DNA of 64,000 nucleotides from a virus: positions 1 through 64,000 of the IMG/VR virus record IMGVR_UViG_3300044982_000128, one strand, 5' to 3'. The notes beneath the pieces are model-generated. The model was not told the DNA's origin. It searched no databases and saw only the letters and a program-made list of their open reading frames with translations. Shown in pieces: positions 1 through 9,545 of this stretch. Within the stretch, counting starts at the first letter, position 1, and every line of letters begins with the position of its first letter. The position numbers and the translations under genes were made by a program.

Positions 1-91
1 CTGGTGGTGGCGGAACTTCGATCCCGCTGGATGCGGAAGTCTCGCTCGTTTAGGCTGGTTAGCCTGTCATCGTTCACCGCGGCTCCAATGT

Positions 92-133
92 CGGCGGTAG
101 CTCTACCTGACCGGGAGCTACCGCCGCTTTTTT
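92..133 (+). terminator. Rho-independent terminator
   Basis: CGGCGGTAGCTC (92-103) pairs with GAGCTACCGCCG (115-126), followed by a T run; lies after a frame ending in TAG at 51-53. Confidence 0.8.
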
Positions 134-147
134 GTAGGGAGGATAGG

Positions 148-435
148 ATGCCTCAATCGGATAGTTGGGCTGGCGCTGGTGCGCAGATGCCGTATATCGA
201 CAGGAACAGGGCTCGCGATACGTCGAACAAAAATGCGCAGCGTAGCGCAGGTTGGTACTCTAACGACGCCTATATGTCTGAGGTTGGCAAAGAAGGCATC
301 AAGCGCCAGCAGGAAAGAATGCGCGATACTGCCGATTCTGTCACCGATCCAGATTCGCCGCGCATCGCTAATCGTCGGCCGACTCGCGCGCCAGTCAAGC
401 GCACTCCACCCAAAGCAGCAGCGAAGAGGAAGTAG
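148..435 (+). CDS. small basic hypothetical protein
   Basis: GGAGG RBS before ATG 148; Lys/Arg/Pro-rich C-terminus; next gene starts 2 nt after the stop. Confidence 0.6.
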   Translation: MPQSDSWAGAGAQMPYIDRNRARDTSNKNAQRSAGWYSNDAYMSEVGKEGIKRQQERMRDTADSVTDPDSPRIANRRPTRAPVKRTPPKAAAKRK

Positions 436-437
436 CC

Positions 438-1748
438 ATGTCTCAATGGTCATTAGTGGGTGATGCTCTCATGGCGCTCCGGGAACAAGCGGCTGACGTT
501 CCTTCCGCACTTCCGGCACCTACTCTCAACGGCGTTACTCCGTCTCCGACCGGCACATTGAATATCTGGTTTACCGTTACGCAGCTCACTCCCTGGGGCG
601 AGTCTCCTGTTTCCGCAGAGATCGCGCTCACGACGGGCGCGATCGGCGCCACTTTCACTCTGACCGGAATCTGCTCATTCGCTGCGACTGCGTTGCGCGT
701 TTATTTCACTCTCGGCGCGGCAGGCGGCGAGGATCGCTATTCCGAGTACGAGATTCCTTCCAGTGGCATCGGCGCGTTCTCCCTCGCGTTCACGCTCTCG
801 GGAACCGGGACTGCACAAGGGGCCATCACGCCAGGGTTTGCGCCTACAAGGTCTTCAGCATGGCTGCCGGATACGGATGGAACGGCGCTGAGTGCAGCGG
901 CTTTGTATCGCTGGATCAACGAGGGGTTGGATTACATCTGCGGGCTTACGGATGGCATTCGCGATGTGACTGGGATTCCGAGCACAGCGGGGCAGGCTCA
1001 GTATCAGCCCATTTCCAATTGGCGGAAAATTTCCGCAGGATTTTTCGACGGCTGGCCAATCACATTCGGCAATAAATCCGACATCTTTCGCCGCTCGAAT
1101 GTTGTCGGAATCAGCGGCACGGCGGTGATGAATCAAGATTCGGTCGTTCAGCAGATCGAACTATACCCGCAATCAAGCCGGACTTCCGGGAACGGAGCCG
1201 TGGACACCGGAATCATGGATTTGCCTCTTTTACCCAACGCTGTAAACATTCCTTACACACCGGGCTCTTCCGGCTGGGTTCTTGGATTCGGGCTGGCGCT
1301 TCTCGGTCCTTACCCTGCGGATCCTTCCGCCTGCGAATTATTGTATTACTCGGGGAATCAATCCAACACACTCGGTCCTTGTACCCGTGGTATGGGGGGA
1401 ACTATCGCGCAAGGCTGGCCTAACGGAACTCCGCTGACCGAGTGCAACATCTATCTCTCTGGCTTGCGTTACCCTCTGCATTATTTGCGTGGGCAGGCAA
1501 ACAGTCAATTGAACCTTCCGCCTGCATGGATCGATGTTTTGAAGGATTATCTGTCAAGCCGATTCAAGGGCGCGGAGCAGGATCTCGAGGGACAGCAATC
1601 GTTGTTGAAAGTGGTTGAGCAAAAATGCCTTTCGATCAAGGGAAATCGAGAGGTTATGAGTCCTCGTCGCGTGCAAGTGGGTGGAGTTACTGGCCCAGAG
1701 ACCGTCTCCGGCCTCGGTGGCTACTTTGGCGGGGTCATTCTACCGTGA
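438..1748 (+). CDS. putative head-tail adaptor / tail tubular protein
   Basis: First gene of a tightly coupled podovirus-type tail operon; WINEGL and LPPAWIDVL helices typical of adaptor proteins; call is mainly positional. Confidence 0.5.
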   Translation: MSQWSLVGDALMALREQAADVPSALPAPTLNGVTPSPTGTLNIWFTVTQLTPWGESPVSAEIALTTGAIGATFTLTGICSFAATALRVYFTLGAAGGEDRYSEYEIPSSGIGAFSLAFTLSGTGTAQGAITPGFAPTRSSAWLPDTDGTALSAAALYRWINEGLDYICGLTDGIRDVTGIPSTAGQAQYQPISNWRKISAGFFDGWPITFGNKSDIFRRSNVVGISGTAVMNQDSVVQQIELYPQSSRTSGNGAVDTGIMDLPLLPNAVNIPYTPGSSGWVLGFGLALLGPYPADPSACELLYYSGNQSNTLGPCTRGMGGTIAQGWPNGTPLTECNIYLSGLRYPLHYLRGQANSQLNLPPAWIDVLKDYLSSRFKGAEQDLEGQQSLLKVVEQKCLSIKGNREVMSPRRVQVGGVTGPETVSGLGGYFGGVILP

Positions 1749-4006
1749 GTGCGAAAATAATCTCCCAACGCAAGTTCGCCAAGCTCGTTGCATCAACGGG
1801 CGCCCTTTCCCAGCCTCCCGGTGCGTTGACCCGTCTCAGCAATCTGCTTTTTACCCAACGTGGATCTCTCCAGATTGCCGATGGTTCCCAGGCCATTTCT
1901 GCTCCTATCTCTCCGGCCTCCTTAATCTCCGCCATTGCTGCGTTCGCCAACCTTCAGCCCGGTCAATTTCCCTACTACGAATTGCTGGCCTACGCTTCTA
2001 CTCCACAGCTCGCCGACGTCACCAATTTTGCGATTTCGTCCTTCGTCAACGGATCCGATAATCCTGCTGGCCCTTACACATTTGCGATTGTGGCGAATCT
2101 TGGCTCCGAGCACACTAACGCCAAAAATTCCGCAGTCACCGCGGCTCCGGGTGTTGCATTCAATACGGTCAATTTTTCGTGGACTGCGGTTGCCGGCGCG
2201 ACTGGCTACACGATCTACTACGTCTATCGGCCGCCTCTTCAGGTCTTTCCTAACTACATCTCGCTCGGCACTTCGACAGGGACCACTTTTGCTTTCACTG
2301 GCGTTCTCCCTACCACTCCGGCCGTCTTTCCTTCTCCTACGTTCAATAACACATACGAGCTTCTGCTCTACGTAGATACTGCTCTGGCCAATACCTCGCC
2401 CCAGGTGACTTTCACCGAAGTCACCGCGGGTGTGTTTCCTTTTACCCCGCCTCAACCCGCGACTCTTGCTCCCGGTTCAGTCGGATTCAACGCCTTTCCG
2501 TCCATAGCCGGCTTTTCTCCTTATGGCGGAATCAGCGGGATCGCGGGGCCACTTCCGCAACTTGTCCAATTTGCCAGCAAGTCCATCTTGATTCTGGGCA
2601 ACGGCTATCCTCCTCAGGCTTACGATCCGTCGACCGGCCCTGCCGGTCCCGTGACTGCTTTGACCAACATCTTCACGGCTGCGTACCCAACCTGGCAACC
2701 ATCTGTCGCATGGCTCACCGGATCCGTAGTCACGGATGGTGCGGGGAACTACTACGTGGCGACTCAGGGAGGCGTTTCACAAACTCCCGGTCCTCCTACG
2801 TGGGCTCCCGCTAAAGGGGCGGAGACCGCTGACGGCAGCGTAATCTGGACGTCTCAAGGGCTTATCGTCGCCTCCACTGCTCCCCGTGGTGCCGCGCATG
2901 CGGTCGCGTACGCGGGCTCGCTCTGGCTGGCCAACACTTCTCCGGCCACCACTTCCGACAACATCGACGGACCAACCTGTCTCAAGATGTCCGATTCCAA
3001 TAATCCGAACTCGTGGAATCCGGTCAACACGGCCTTTATTGGTCGAGACGATGGAACACAGCTTACCGGGTTGCAACCGTTTACAATCGCCGCACTGGGA
3101 ATCTCCCCCACCGGTTCTCTGTGCGTATTCAAAGAATTCACCACCTATCAGGTCATCGGTGTGTTTGGCTCGAGTTCCTTCGAGATCCAGCCGGCGCAGA
3201 CCAACCTCGGCTGCATTGCCGCACGATCGATTCAATTCCTGCCCGGCTTTGGCGTCGTCCGGTTCTCGCACCTTGGATTCGCGGTATTTGACGGTATCAA
3301 TGACCGGCTCATTTCAGAAGACATCCGGCCGTATCTATTCGGAGGCGTGGACTCGGAGTCTGACCTCACTCCTGTCGACCCGTCTTTTCTTTACCTCTCG
3401 CAATCGGGTCAGACCACTCAGCCACCGATGTATCTTTGCGCGATGCCGTTGCTGGGCTCTGCCGGCCAGTTGACCCGCCTGTTCGTCTACGACCTGGTGA
3501 TGAAGGCGTGGACTGTGCTCGATCTTCCCTGGCCTGTCACCGCACTCTCGGCTGTTGCGGTCGGCGAAGGATATCCGCTAGTCCTCGCCGGAAAGACCGA
3601 TGGGACAGTACAGCGGCTGCAGGCAGGCGATTTGAACTGGGATCAGAGCGCAAGCGATCAGTCAGCAGTGAATTGGTCGTTTAGAAGTCCGGATGTGTTT
3701 GGCGAGGGATCGAGCCAGCGACTCTTTTTCCAGCAGGCTGTAATCCGGGGCTACGGAAACGCAGCTATGGTCAAGTCGATTGTTGCAAGCTTATGGCTGG
3801 ATGGAAAACAACTTGGCTCGCAGGCTATCGATATTGTGCCGATGGGCGGATCGAATTTGTTTGAAGTCAACGTCAAGATTTTCCTGAATGGAGAGCGTGC
3901 GCACCTGGATATCAGCGGAAATGGCGGTGGCGCTCCCGGTGTAATCGATGCTGTCGATTGGGCCGTCTCACCAAAATCGTCACTCGCGCGGAGGATCATT
4001 GGATGA
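1745..4006 (+). CDS. tail nozzle / DNA stabilization protein (P22 gp10 / T7 gp12-like)
   Basis: GTGA overlap with the previous stop; beta-propeller-like C-terminal part (LGCIAARSI, FAVFDG, LFVYDLVMKAW); position before ejection genes. Confidence 0.65.
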   Translation: MSAKIISQRKFAKLVASTGALSQPPGALTRLSNLLFTQRGSLQIADGSQAISAPISPASLISAIAAFANLQPGQFPYYELLAYASTPQLADVTNFAISSFVNGSDNPAGPYTFAIVANLGSEHTNAKNSAVTAAPGVAFNTVNFSWTAVAGATGYTIYYVYRPPLQVFPNYISLGTSTGTTFAFTGVLPTTPAVFPSPTFNNTYELLLYVDTALANTSPQVTFTEVTAGVFPFTPPQPATLAPGSVGFNAFPSIAGFSPYGGISGIAGPLPQLVQFASKSILILGNGYPPQAYDPSTGPAGPVTALTNIFTAAYPTWQPSVAWLTGSVVTDGAGNYYVATQGGVSQTPGPPTWAPAKGAETADGSVIWTSQGLIVASTAPRGAAHAVAYAGSLWLANTSPATTSDNIDGPTCLKMSDSNNPNSWNPVNTAFIGRDDGTQLTGLQPFTIAALGISPTGSLCVFKEFTTYQVIGVFGSSSFEIQPAQTNLGCIAARSIQFLPGFGVVRFSHLGFAVFDGINDRLISEDIRPYLFGGVDSESDLTPVDPSFLYLSQSGQTTQPPMYLCAMPLLGSAGQLTRLFVYDLVMKAWTVLDLPWPVTALSAVAVGEGYPLVLAGKTDGTVQRLQAGDLNWDQSASDQSAVNWSFRSPDVFGEGSSQRLFFQQAVIRGYGNAAMVKSIVASLWLDGKQLGSQAIDIVPMGGSNLFEVNVKIFLNGERAHLDISGNGGGAPGVIDAVDWAVSPKSSLARRIIG

Positions 4007-4461
4007 GTCAAACCATCCATGCCCGCAATCTTCGCAAAGGTGAGCAAGACACTCTCCCTTCCGCTCTCCTCGATACCGGGATGCCTTTTCTTGTTCCTGA
4101 ATGGGCCTGGGTTGTCGAACCAGTCAGCATCCTTGGTCCTTTTGATCCTGTTCCGCCTCAACCCTTTGCGCTCGTCGTTTGCTCTTTCGCCCACGGATGG
4201 TTAGTGTTATGGCGCGTCCTCGCTCTTTCGCCCCTTCCCCCTCTAATCCCTCTAAACTGGTTCCTGGAAGCCCTCCCTCAGGTTTTCGCGGCGGCTCGTC
4301 TGCGCGGTTGTGTCGGTTTTTTGACGCTGCTCGCAGATAACCGGCCGGAAGAGGTCAAGATGGCTCGGATCATACAACGGATGGCCGGAGCAAAGATCAT
4401 GCCTTTTCAGGGATCGCTCGGCGCCGGATCGCTGACCGGAACCACAGAAAGCAGGAACTAG
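4003..4461 (+). CDS. GNAT-like virion assembly protein (P22 gp14 / T7 gp13 position)
   Basis: ATGA overlap; conserved position between nozzle and ejection genes; weak sequence support. Confidence 0.35.
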   Translation: MSQTIHARNLRKGEQDTLPSALLDTGMPFLVPEWAWVVEPVSILGPFDPVPPQPFALVVCSFAHGWLVLWRVLALSPLPPLIPLNWFLEALPQVFAAARLRGCVGFLTLLADNRPEEVKMARIIQRMAGAKIMPFQGSLGAGSLTGTTESRN

Positions 4462-4463
4462 AC

Positions 4464-5000
4464 ATGCCCGCAGCGCTTATTCCGCTTATCTCAGTCATCG
4501 TAGGCGCGGCCGGTGTCGGCACCAGCATTTATGAAGGCGTGCAATCCAGTGATCAGGCATCTGATGCCCAGAAGGCGCAACAACAAGCTCTGCTCAAGCA
4601 GCAACAGGCGCAAGCCAACCAGGCGAATCTAACCAAACAAGAAGCGGTCCTGGGCGCGCAGGGCCAATCACAGGAGCAAACCGGAGGGTCGCTCACAGAT
4701 TCAGGAACCGCAGCGTTGACGGATCTGTTGGCCGGGTATCCTGGTTATCAAAGTGGGTCAGGCACAAGCACAGGAACCGGTGTGGGCTCGAGCGGAGTTT
4801 CGGGTGCAAACGCAGGTGCACCGGGTTCGGCAGGCAGCCCCGACATCGCCTCAATCTTGGCGGCTTTACGCAATGGCGGTGGAGGCAGCGGGCTCGGTCT
4901 CAGCGGCCCCGGCGCTCCTGGAAATCTCTCCGGTGGCAATTGGCAGTCTCAACCCGCCGTACCGCAAAATCAGTTTGAACTCGCTAACCCGCTTGTGTAG
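4464..5000 (+). CDS. putative ejection (DNA transfer) protein
   Basis: Hydrophobic Gly/Ala N-terminus followed by a Gln/Ala-rich coiled coil, as in P22 gp7-like proteins. Confidence 0.55.
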   Translation: MPAALIPLISVIVGAAGVGTSIYEGVQSSDQASDAQKAQQQALLKQQQAQANQANLTKQEAVLGAQGQSQEQTGGSLTDSGTAALTDLLAGYPGYQSGSGTSTGTGVGSSGVSGANAGAPGSAGSPDIASILAALRNGGGGSGLGLSGPGAPGNLSGGNWQSQPAVPQNQFELANPLV

Positions 5001-5014
5001 TGAAAGGGGACCCA

Positions 5015-5662
5015 ATGGACGGACTTACTCAATTGCTATCCGCGATCCAGCCCGAACTTAAAGCGGGTACAGAAGTCGCCGGCCTTGGTTCCACAGCCTA
5101 CAATCTTTACAATCAGTACCAGAATCAGCAATATCAAAATCAGCTTCGGTCCTATGCCCAGGACCCGACGAAACTGAACGCTTATGCTGCGCAGTTCACC
5201 CAGCCACTAACGGCCGGATTGCAAAAAGGCGTGGCAAACGAAACACAGGGCTATCTCGCTTCCCGAGGGCTCTCCGACTCGCCGCAGATTTCTGAACAGG
5301 TCGAAGCGCAGGCCATCGCCCCCTACATTCAGCAGAACCAGCAACAGGGGTATCAGGACGCATTGCAGGCGCTCAATCTTGGCGGGGGCGCCATCCCGCC
5401 CCAACTCCAAATGCAGAATGGCCTGTCTGCGCTGACCAAAGCGTTTTCGCAATTGCCCGGTTCGAATCCGTATCCCGGTGCTTCCACGCTCACCAATCTT
5501 ATGCAATTGGTGAATGCAGGTAATGTCACCAATCCACCGCAAACCGCCCCATCTTATCTGGACTCGAGTAGCTACATTCCGCCTGTTCCGGACAATCAGA
5601 CTCTCGATCTGAGCAGCATTTACCAACCTGATTATGCAAGCGATCTCGCCGCGGGGAGCTAG
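5015..5662 (+). CDS. putative ejection protein
   Basis: Gln-rich helical protein with the motif LASRGLSDS, seen in internal virion proteins; operon position. Confidence 0.5.
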   Translation: MDGLTQLLSAIQPELKAGTEVAGLGSTAYNLYNQYQNQQYQNQLRSYAQDPTKLNAYAAQFTQPLTAGLQKGVANETQGYLASRGLSDSPQISEQVEAQAIAPYIQQNQQQGYQDALQALNLGGGAIPPQLQMQNGLSALTKAFSQLPGSNPYPGASTLTNLMQLVNAGNVTNPPQTAPSYLDSSSYIPPVPDNQTLDLSSIYQPDYASDLAAGS

Positions 5663-5665
5663 GAT

Positions 5666-7012
5666 ATGGGATTCTGGAATGCACTTTCTGTTCTCGCTCC
5701 GGTCGCGCCGGCTATGTCGGATGCCGCGGACCTGCGCACCGCACGGCAGCGGGATGCGGCTGATTTCGCTTCGGAGCAGGCGTTAAAGCAGGCGCAGCTT
5801 ACGACACAGAAACTGGCCGCGCAACTCGATCAGCAACGGATCACCGCGGGTAATGCCCCTTCTCAAATTCCTGGCACCAAAGACTACTATTCCGCTCCTG
5901 AAGGAAGCTGGATGCGGCCTTCCTTGGTCAACGGCGAATACAAAGCAGTCAAAATTCCCGGCCAAGCTCCCGCCGATGAGCTTAAGCAAGCAACCAAGGG
6001 ATTGAAAGATGCCTTTGATGCGATGGGAATACAAGTTCCCCCCAACGTACTCGCGGACCTTGGGTATCGCATCTACGGCGGTACCGGCGCATATCCCGCA
6101 ACCGGTATGGGAGTCGCCAAGCCGGTAACTCTCAAAGGGTCGGATGGCCAGCCGATCGGCGCCTCCTTTAGCGGAGGCCGATACTACGATTCAGAGGGAA
6201 AAGAGATTGAAAATCCAGTGCTTTGGGAAAAGCCTGTCGCCGCGCATCCACTTCCCCCTGCGACCCAATACATGCAGCTTTACACTAAAAAGCTTCTTGC
6301 CGACCGCAAACAGGGACCACCGTTAACCGCTGAAGAGACGGCGCAAATGCAGGCCAGTCTGAGTACCATGGACGAGCCGGGGATAGCGAGAATGCAGGCG
6401 CTAGGGAAAGCGTATGCGCAGTACCACATAACACCTATCACCGATGATTCTGGAGCGGCTGTAGATGTGCCGATAGCTGCGGTATTAGCGGCGAACAAGG
6501 CTGGCGCTCCGCCCCGGACTGCCGCTGCCGGTACAGCCGATGCAGCAGACAAAAAGAATGCGATGCTCGCTAACTCCGCTATTCAGCAAGTGAATCGCAT
6601 GGAGAGCATCCTGAACCGCGATCCTAACCTGACAGGGCCGGGCGCGGGACAACTGACTCAACTTCAGGTTTGGATGGGCAATCAAGATCCGGATGCACAG
6701 GCATTTTTGATGTCTTCTTTGCTTGGGTCCGAACACGGAGTCGCGGTGTTTGGCGGCAGAAACATCCACACAATTCAAGACCTGCAAAATACGCTGGGAA
6801 GTTGGAGAACCAATCCGGCCGCGTTGAAGGCCGCGCTGGGTGTTATACGAGAAACAATGACTCCTTGGCTGACAGCTAATAACAGGCTGCCGGGAGCACA
6901 ATCTGCCGCACCGAAAGGCACAGTTACGCTCAAGGCCGGCGGTAAAATTTACAACATCCCTCGCGATCAGGTAGCTGCATTCAGGAAGGACCACCCTGAT
7001 GCCAGCCAATGA
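5666..7012 (+). CDS. putative internal virion / ejection protein
   Basis: 448 aa, Ala/Gln-rich, in the ejection-gene cluster. Confidence 0.5.
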   Translation: MGFWNALSVLAPVAPAMSDAADLRTARQRDAADFASEQALKQAQLTTQKLAAQLDQQRITAGNAPSQIPGTKDYYSAPEGSWMRPSLVNGEYKAVKIPGQAPADELKQATKGLKDAFDAMGIQVPPNVLADLGYRIYGGTGAYPATGMGVAKPVTLKGSDGQPIGASFSGGRYYDSEGKEIENPVLWEKPVAAHPLPPATQYMQLYTKKLLADRKQGPPLTAEETAQMQASLSTMDEPGIARMQALGKAYAQYHITPITDDSGAAVDVPIAAVLAANKAGAPPRTAAAGTADAADKKNAMLANSAIQQVNRMESILNRDPNLTGPGAGQLTQLQVWMGNQDPDAQAFLMSSLLGSEHGVAVFGGRNIHTIQDLQNTLGSWRTNPAALKAALGVIRETMTPWLTANNRLPGAQSAAPKGTVTLKAGGKIYNIPRDQVAAFRKDHPDASQ

Positions 7013-9545
7013 CAAGTGGGCGCAGTACGAGGTTGCGTCTCCTGCTGCTAAACACGATAAGTGGTCGCAATATGAAGCCGCGCCAGCAGCGACAGTTTCA
7101 CCTGCCTCCGACCAATCTTCGCCTGATCTCACCACCAACACCATCGACCCTGCTACCGGTACCGGCTACGGTCTCTACCGCATGGGCAGTTACGATTTCA
7201 ATGCGGGGCAAGTCAGCAAGCCGGAAATCCAAGTTCCTTACAATCGCGTGCAGGACGCCCTCGCCGCAGGGTACAAGCTCCATCCGGATGAGGCTCCGCG
7301 CTACCAGCAAGACACTGCGCACAACGGCTCCTTGTCGCGTGCGACCGGTCAGGTTAAATCTCTCCTGGCGCGCATGACCGAGACGATGCCGGATACGCCG
7401 CTTGAAGGAAGTTGGTGGCAGCAGGCTAATGCCGCTGCAGGCAACGTTGAAAAACTTCCGTTCAATGTAACCAACCGAACCATACGCGGATTGGCTGGGC
7501 TACCGTCAGGGTTGGCGCAGACAGCGACGGGAATCAGTCACGGCGATTCAGCGGCGCTGGAAAGCCTGGACCCGGCGGCCATGGCTGAGAACTCCTACAA
7601 AGGCTTGCAGCAGGATACTTCCGATCTCGGCCCCATGGCCGCGCTCGGAAATCTAGGCGGCGACGCAACGACTCTTTACCTTACCGGAAAATATGGGCCC
7701 AAAGCTGTCGACGCTGTCACACAGCCAATGCTGGATGTGGTCCGGGGAGTTAAGAACATTCCCGAAAATCTCGCTCGCGCGATAACGGATACTGGTGCCG
7801 GTCCAGTAAATCGATTGGTCAAGGAAACTCAGGCAGCGAACGACAAAATTGATGTGGTAAATGAAGATCGTCTCGAGCGCCAGCGGCAGGATCAAGCTAA
7901 GGCTGACTACGATCATCGTGCTAATCTTTTGAAACTTCGACAGCAGTACGAACAGTCTGTTCGTGATGCAACCGAGAAGGCACGCACGGGAACAGCAGAG
8001 GATCGCGCCAAAGTCCAGTCGAAGAATCTGGCAGCGAAACAAAAGTACGAGCAGGATGTACGCAACGCGCAACAGAAATACACAACTAATCGTGCTGAGG
8101 CTCTTCGTGCCAACGCCGAAGCGCAGCGCGCGCACAACCAGAAGATCGGTCAGGCAGCGCAACAGAATCGCGCGGCCACCGCTGCCGAACGTGCCAAGGT
8201 TGATCAGGAAGGTAAATTGCAGGTTGGCGGGTCGCAACTGATCTACGGCCTGCGTCAGCTTGATCGTGCTCTGCGCGATCGTGCCGGCACGATGTTCGAT
8301 GCTGTGCGCGAAAAAGTCGGCACAGTGACTCGGCCAGGGGCCGATCTTGGCACCGCTGCGCGTGCCGCTCTGACCAAAATATCTGGGTCGTCCACCGTTC
8401 CCAAACCCTTCAGCGACATCCTCGGCAAGTATCCGGAGACAGATCCTGAGTTTATTGAATACCAAGGCGCACAGATTCCAAAAACCAATCGTCTTTACGA
8501 CGTGCTCAAACAGCAAGGCATGGGCACCGGTGCTCCTCCCGTTACTTTCGGTGACCTTCAAGGCTATTACACGGAAACCGGCGCGGAGCTTGCCAAAGGC
8601 ACCCTCCCTGGGGATGTTTATCTGGCCACCAAAGAACTGCACAACGCCATCGGTGACATGATGCAGGAAATGGCCAGTGGCGCCGGAGCTGGAAAAGAGT
8701 TTTGGGATTCGCGAGTTTTCTACCGGAATTACATGGATGCGTTCCATGAGCCGACTGGACCTTCCGGTTCAGGTTCCCCGATTGCTCAGACTCTTCTCGC
8801 GAAAGATCCTGCCGTCGCGGTAGACAAATTCGCTGGCGACGCAGGCGACCGCGGCATTGCTAATCTGCGCCGGTATTCAGATTCGCTGGCTAATCTTGCA
8901 CAGAACGTCCGTAGCGCTGCTCAGGAGAAAATCACGATTCCTGCGCGAAAGTCTGCTGCCGACATTTCCGCGCCCGAGGCCAAACCGGTTCCCGCTGGAG
9001 CCAATCTGCCTCTCCCCGGCGTTGTCGAACCTGTCCCTGCTCCTCGGGCGGCAAATCTCTCTCTGCCTCCGGTTCTGCCCGAAGCCGAAACGATTCCGGT
9101 TGAACTCAAACCGCGTCAGAAGATTTCCACGCCTGATTTAGTCGCTGCCCGTCGTGCTGCTGCTGAGGCTCGCGCAGGAAGAGCCCAAACTCGCGGAACA
9201 TGGGTTGCAACGTGGCCGGTCTTCCAGGCCATGCGCGCACTTTGGGGAGGCCACATCCCTTCTCTTCCTGCGATGGCGCTGGAATCGGCTGGAACATTTG
9301 CGACAACCAAAGCTGCCACTACCATGATGCGCTACCCTCCGCTGCTTGATTTTTTGACGAAGGCACGACCCGAAGATCTCGCATCAATCCCTCCCGATCT
9401 CCGCGGCGATCTTCCCGGCTTGGTCACTCTGGCTCAGCGGCAAGGGATCAAAGTGGCCCCGGCTTTAGTGGCGGCAACAGCTGGAGCGGCCAGACAACCG
9501 AGTCAACAGGTTCAGCAGCCGGTTGCGCAGGGAGCAATTCAATGA
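6999..9545 (+). CDS. large internal virion / ejection protein
   Basis: 848 aa, Ala-rich helical with a central coiled coil; N-terminal DKWAQYE/DKWSQYE repeat. Confidence 0.5.
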   Translation: MPANDKWAQYEVASPAAKHDKWSQYEAAPAATVSPASDQSSPDLTTNTIDPATGTGYGLYRMGSYDFNAGQVSKPEIQVPYNRVQDALAAGYKLHPDEAPRYQQDTAHNGSLSRATGQVKSLLARMTETMPDTPLEGSWWQQANAAAGNVEKLPFNVTNRTIRGLAGLPSGLAQTATGISHGDSAALESLDPAAMAENSYKGLQQDTSDLGPMAALGNLGGDATTLYLTGKYGPKAVDAVTQPMLDVVRGVKNIPENLARAITDTGAGPVNRLVKETQAANDKIDVVNEDRLERQRQDQAKADYDHRANLLKLRQQYEQSVRDATEKARTGTAEDRAKVQSKNLAAKQKYEQDVRNAQQKYTTNRAEALRANAEAQRAHNQKIGQAAQQNRAATAAERAKVDQEGKLQVGGSQLIYGLRQLDRALRDRAGTMFDAVREKVGTVTRPGADLGTAARAALTKISGSSTVPKPFSDILGKYPETDPEFIEYQGAQIPKTNRLYDVLKQQGMGTGAPPVTFGDLQGYYTETGAELAKGTLPGDVYLATKELHNAIGDMMQEMASGAGAGKEFWDSRVFYRNYMDAFHEPTGPSGSGSPIAQTLLAKDPAVAVDKFAGDAGDRGIANLRRYSDSLANLAQNVRSAAQEKITIPARKSAADISAPEAKPVPAGANLPLPGVVEPVPAPRAANLSLPPVLPEAETIPVELKPRQKISTPDLVAARRAAAEARAGRAQTRGTWVATWPVFQAMRALWGGHIPSLPAMALESAGTFATTKAATTMMRYPPLLDFLTKARPEDLASIPPDLRGDLPGLVTLAQRQGIKVAPALVAATAGAARQPSQQVQQPVAQGAIQ

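Noticed and set aside
7653-8747. Long antisense ORFs (also 15873..16769, 57898..58707, 27600..28379)
   Set aside because: Shadow frames of GC-rich coding genes with no motifs or RBS
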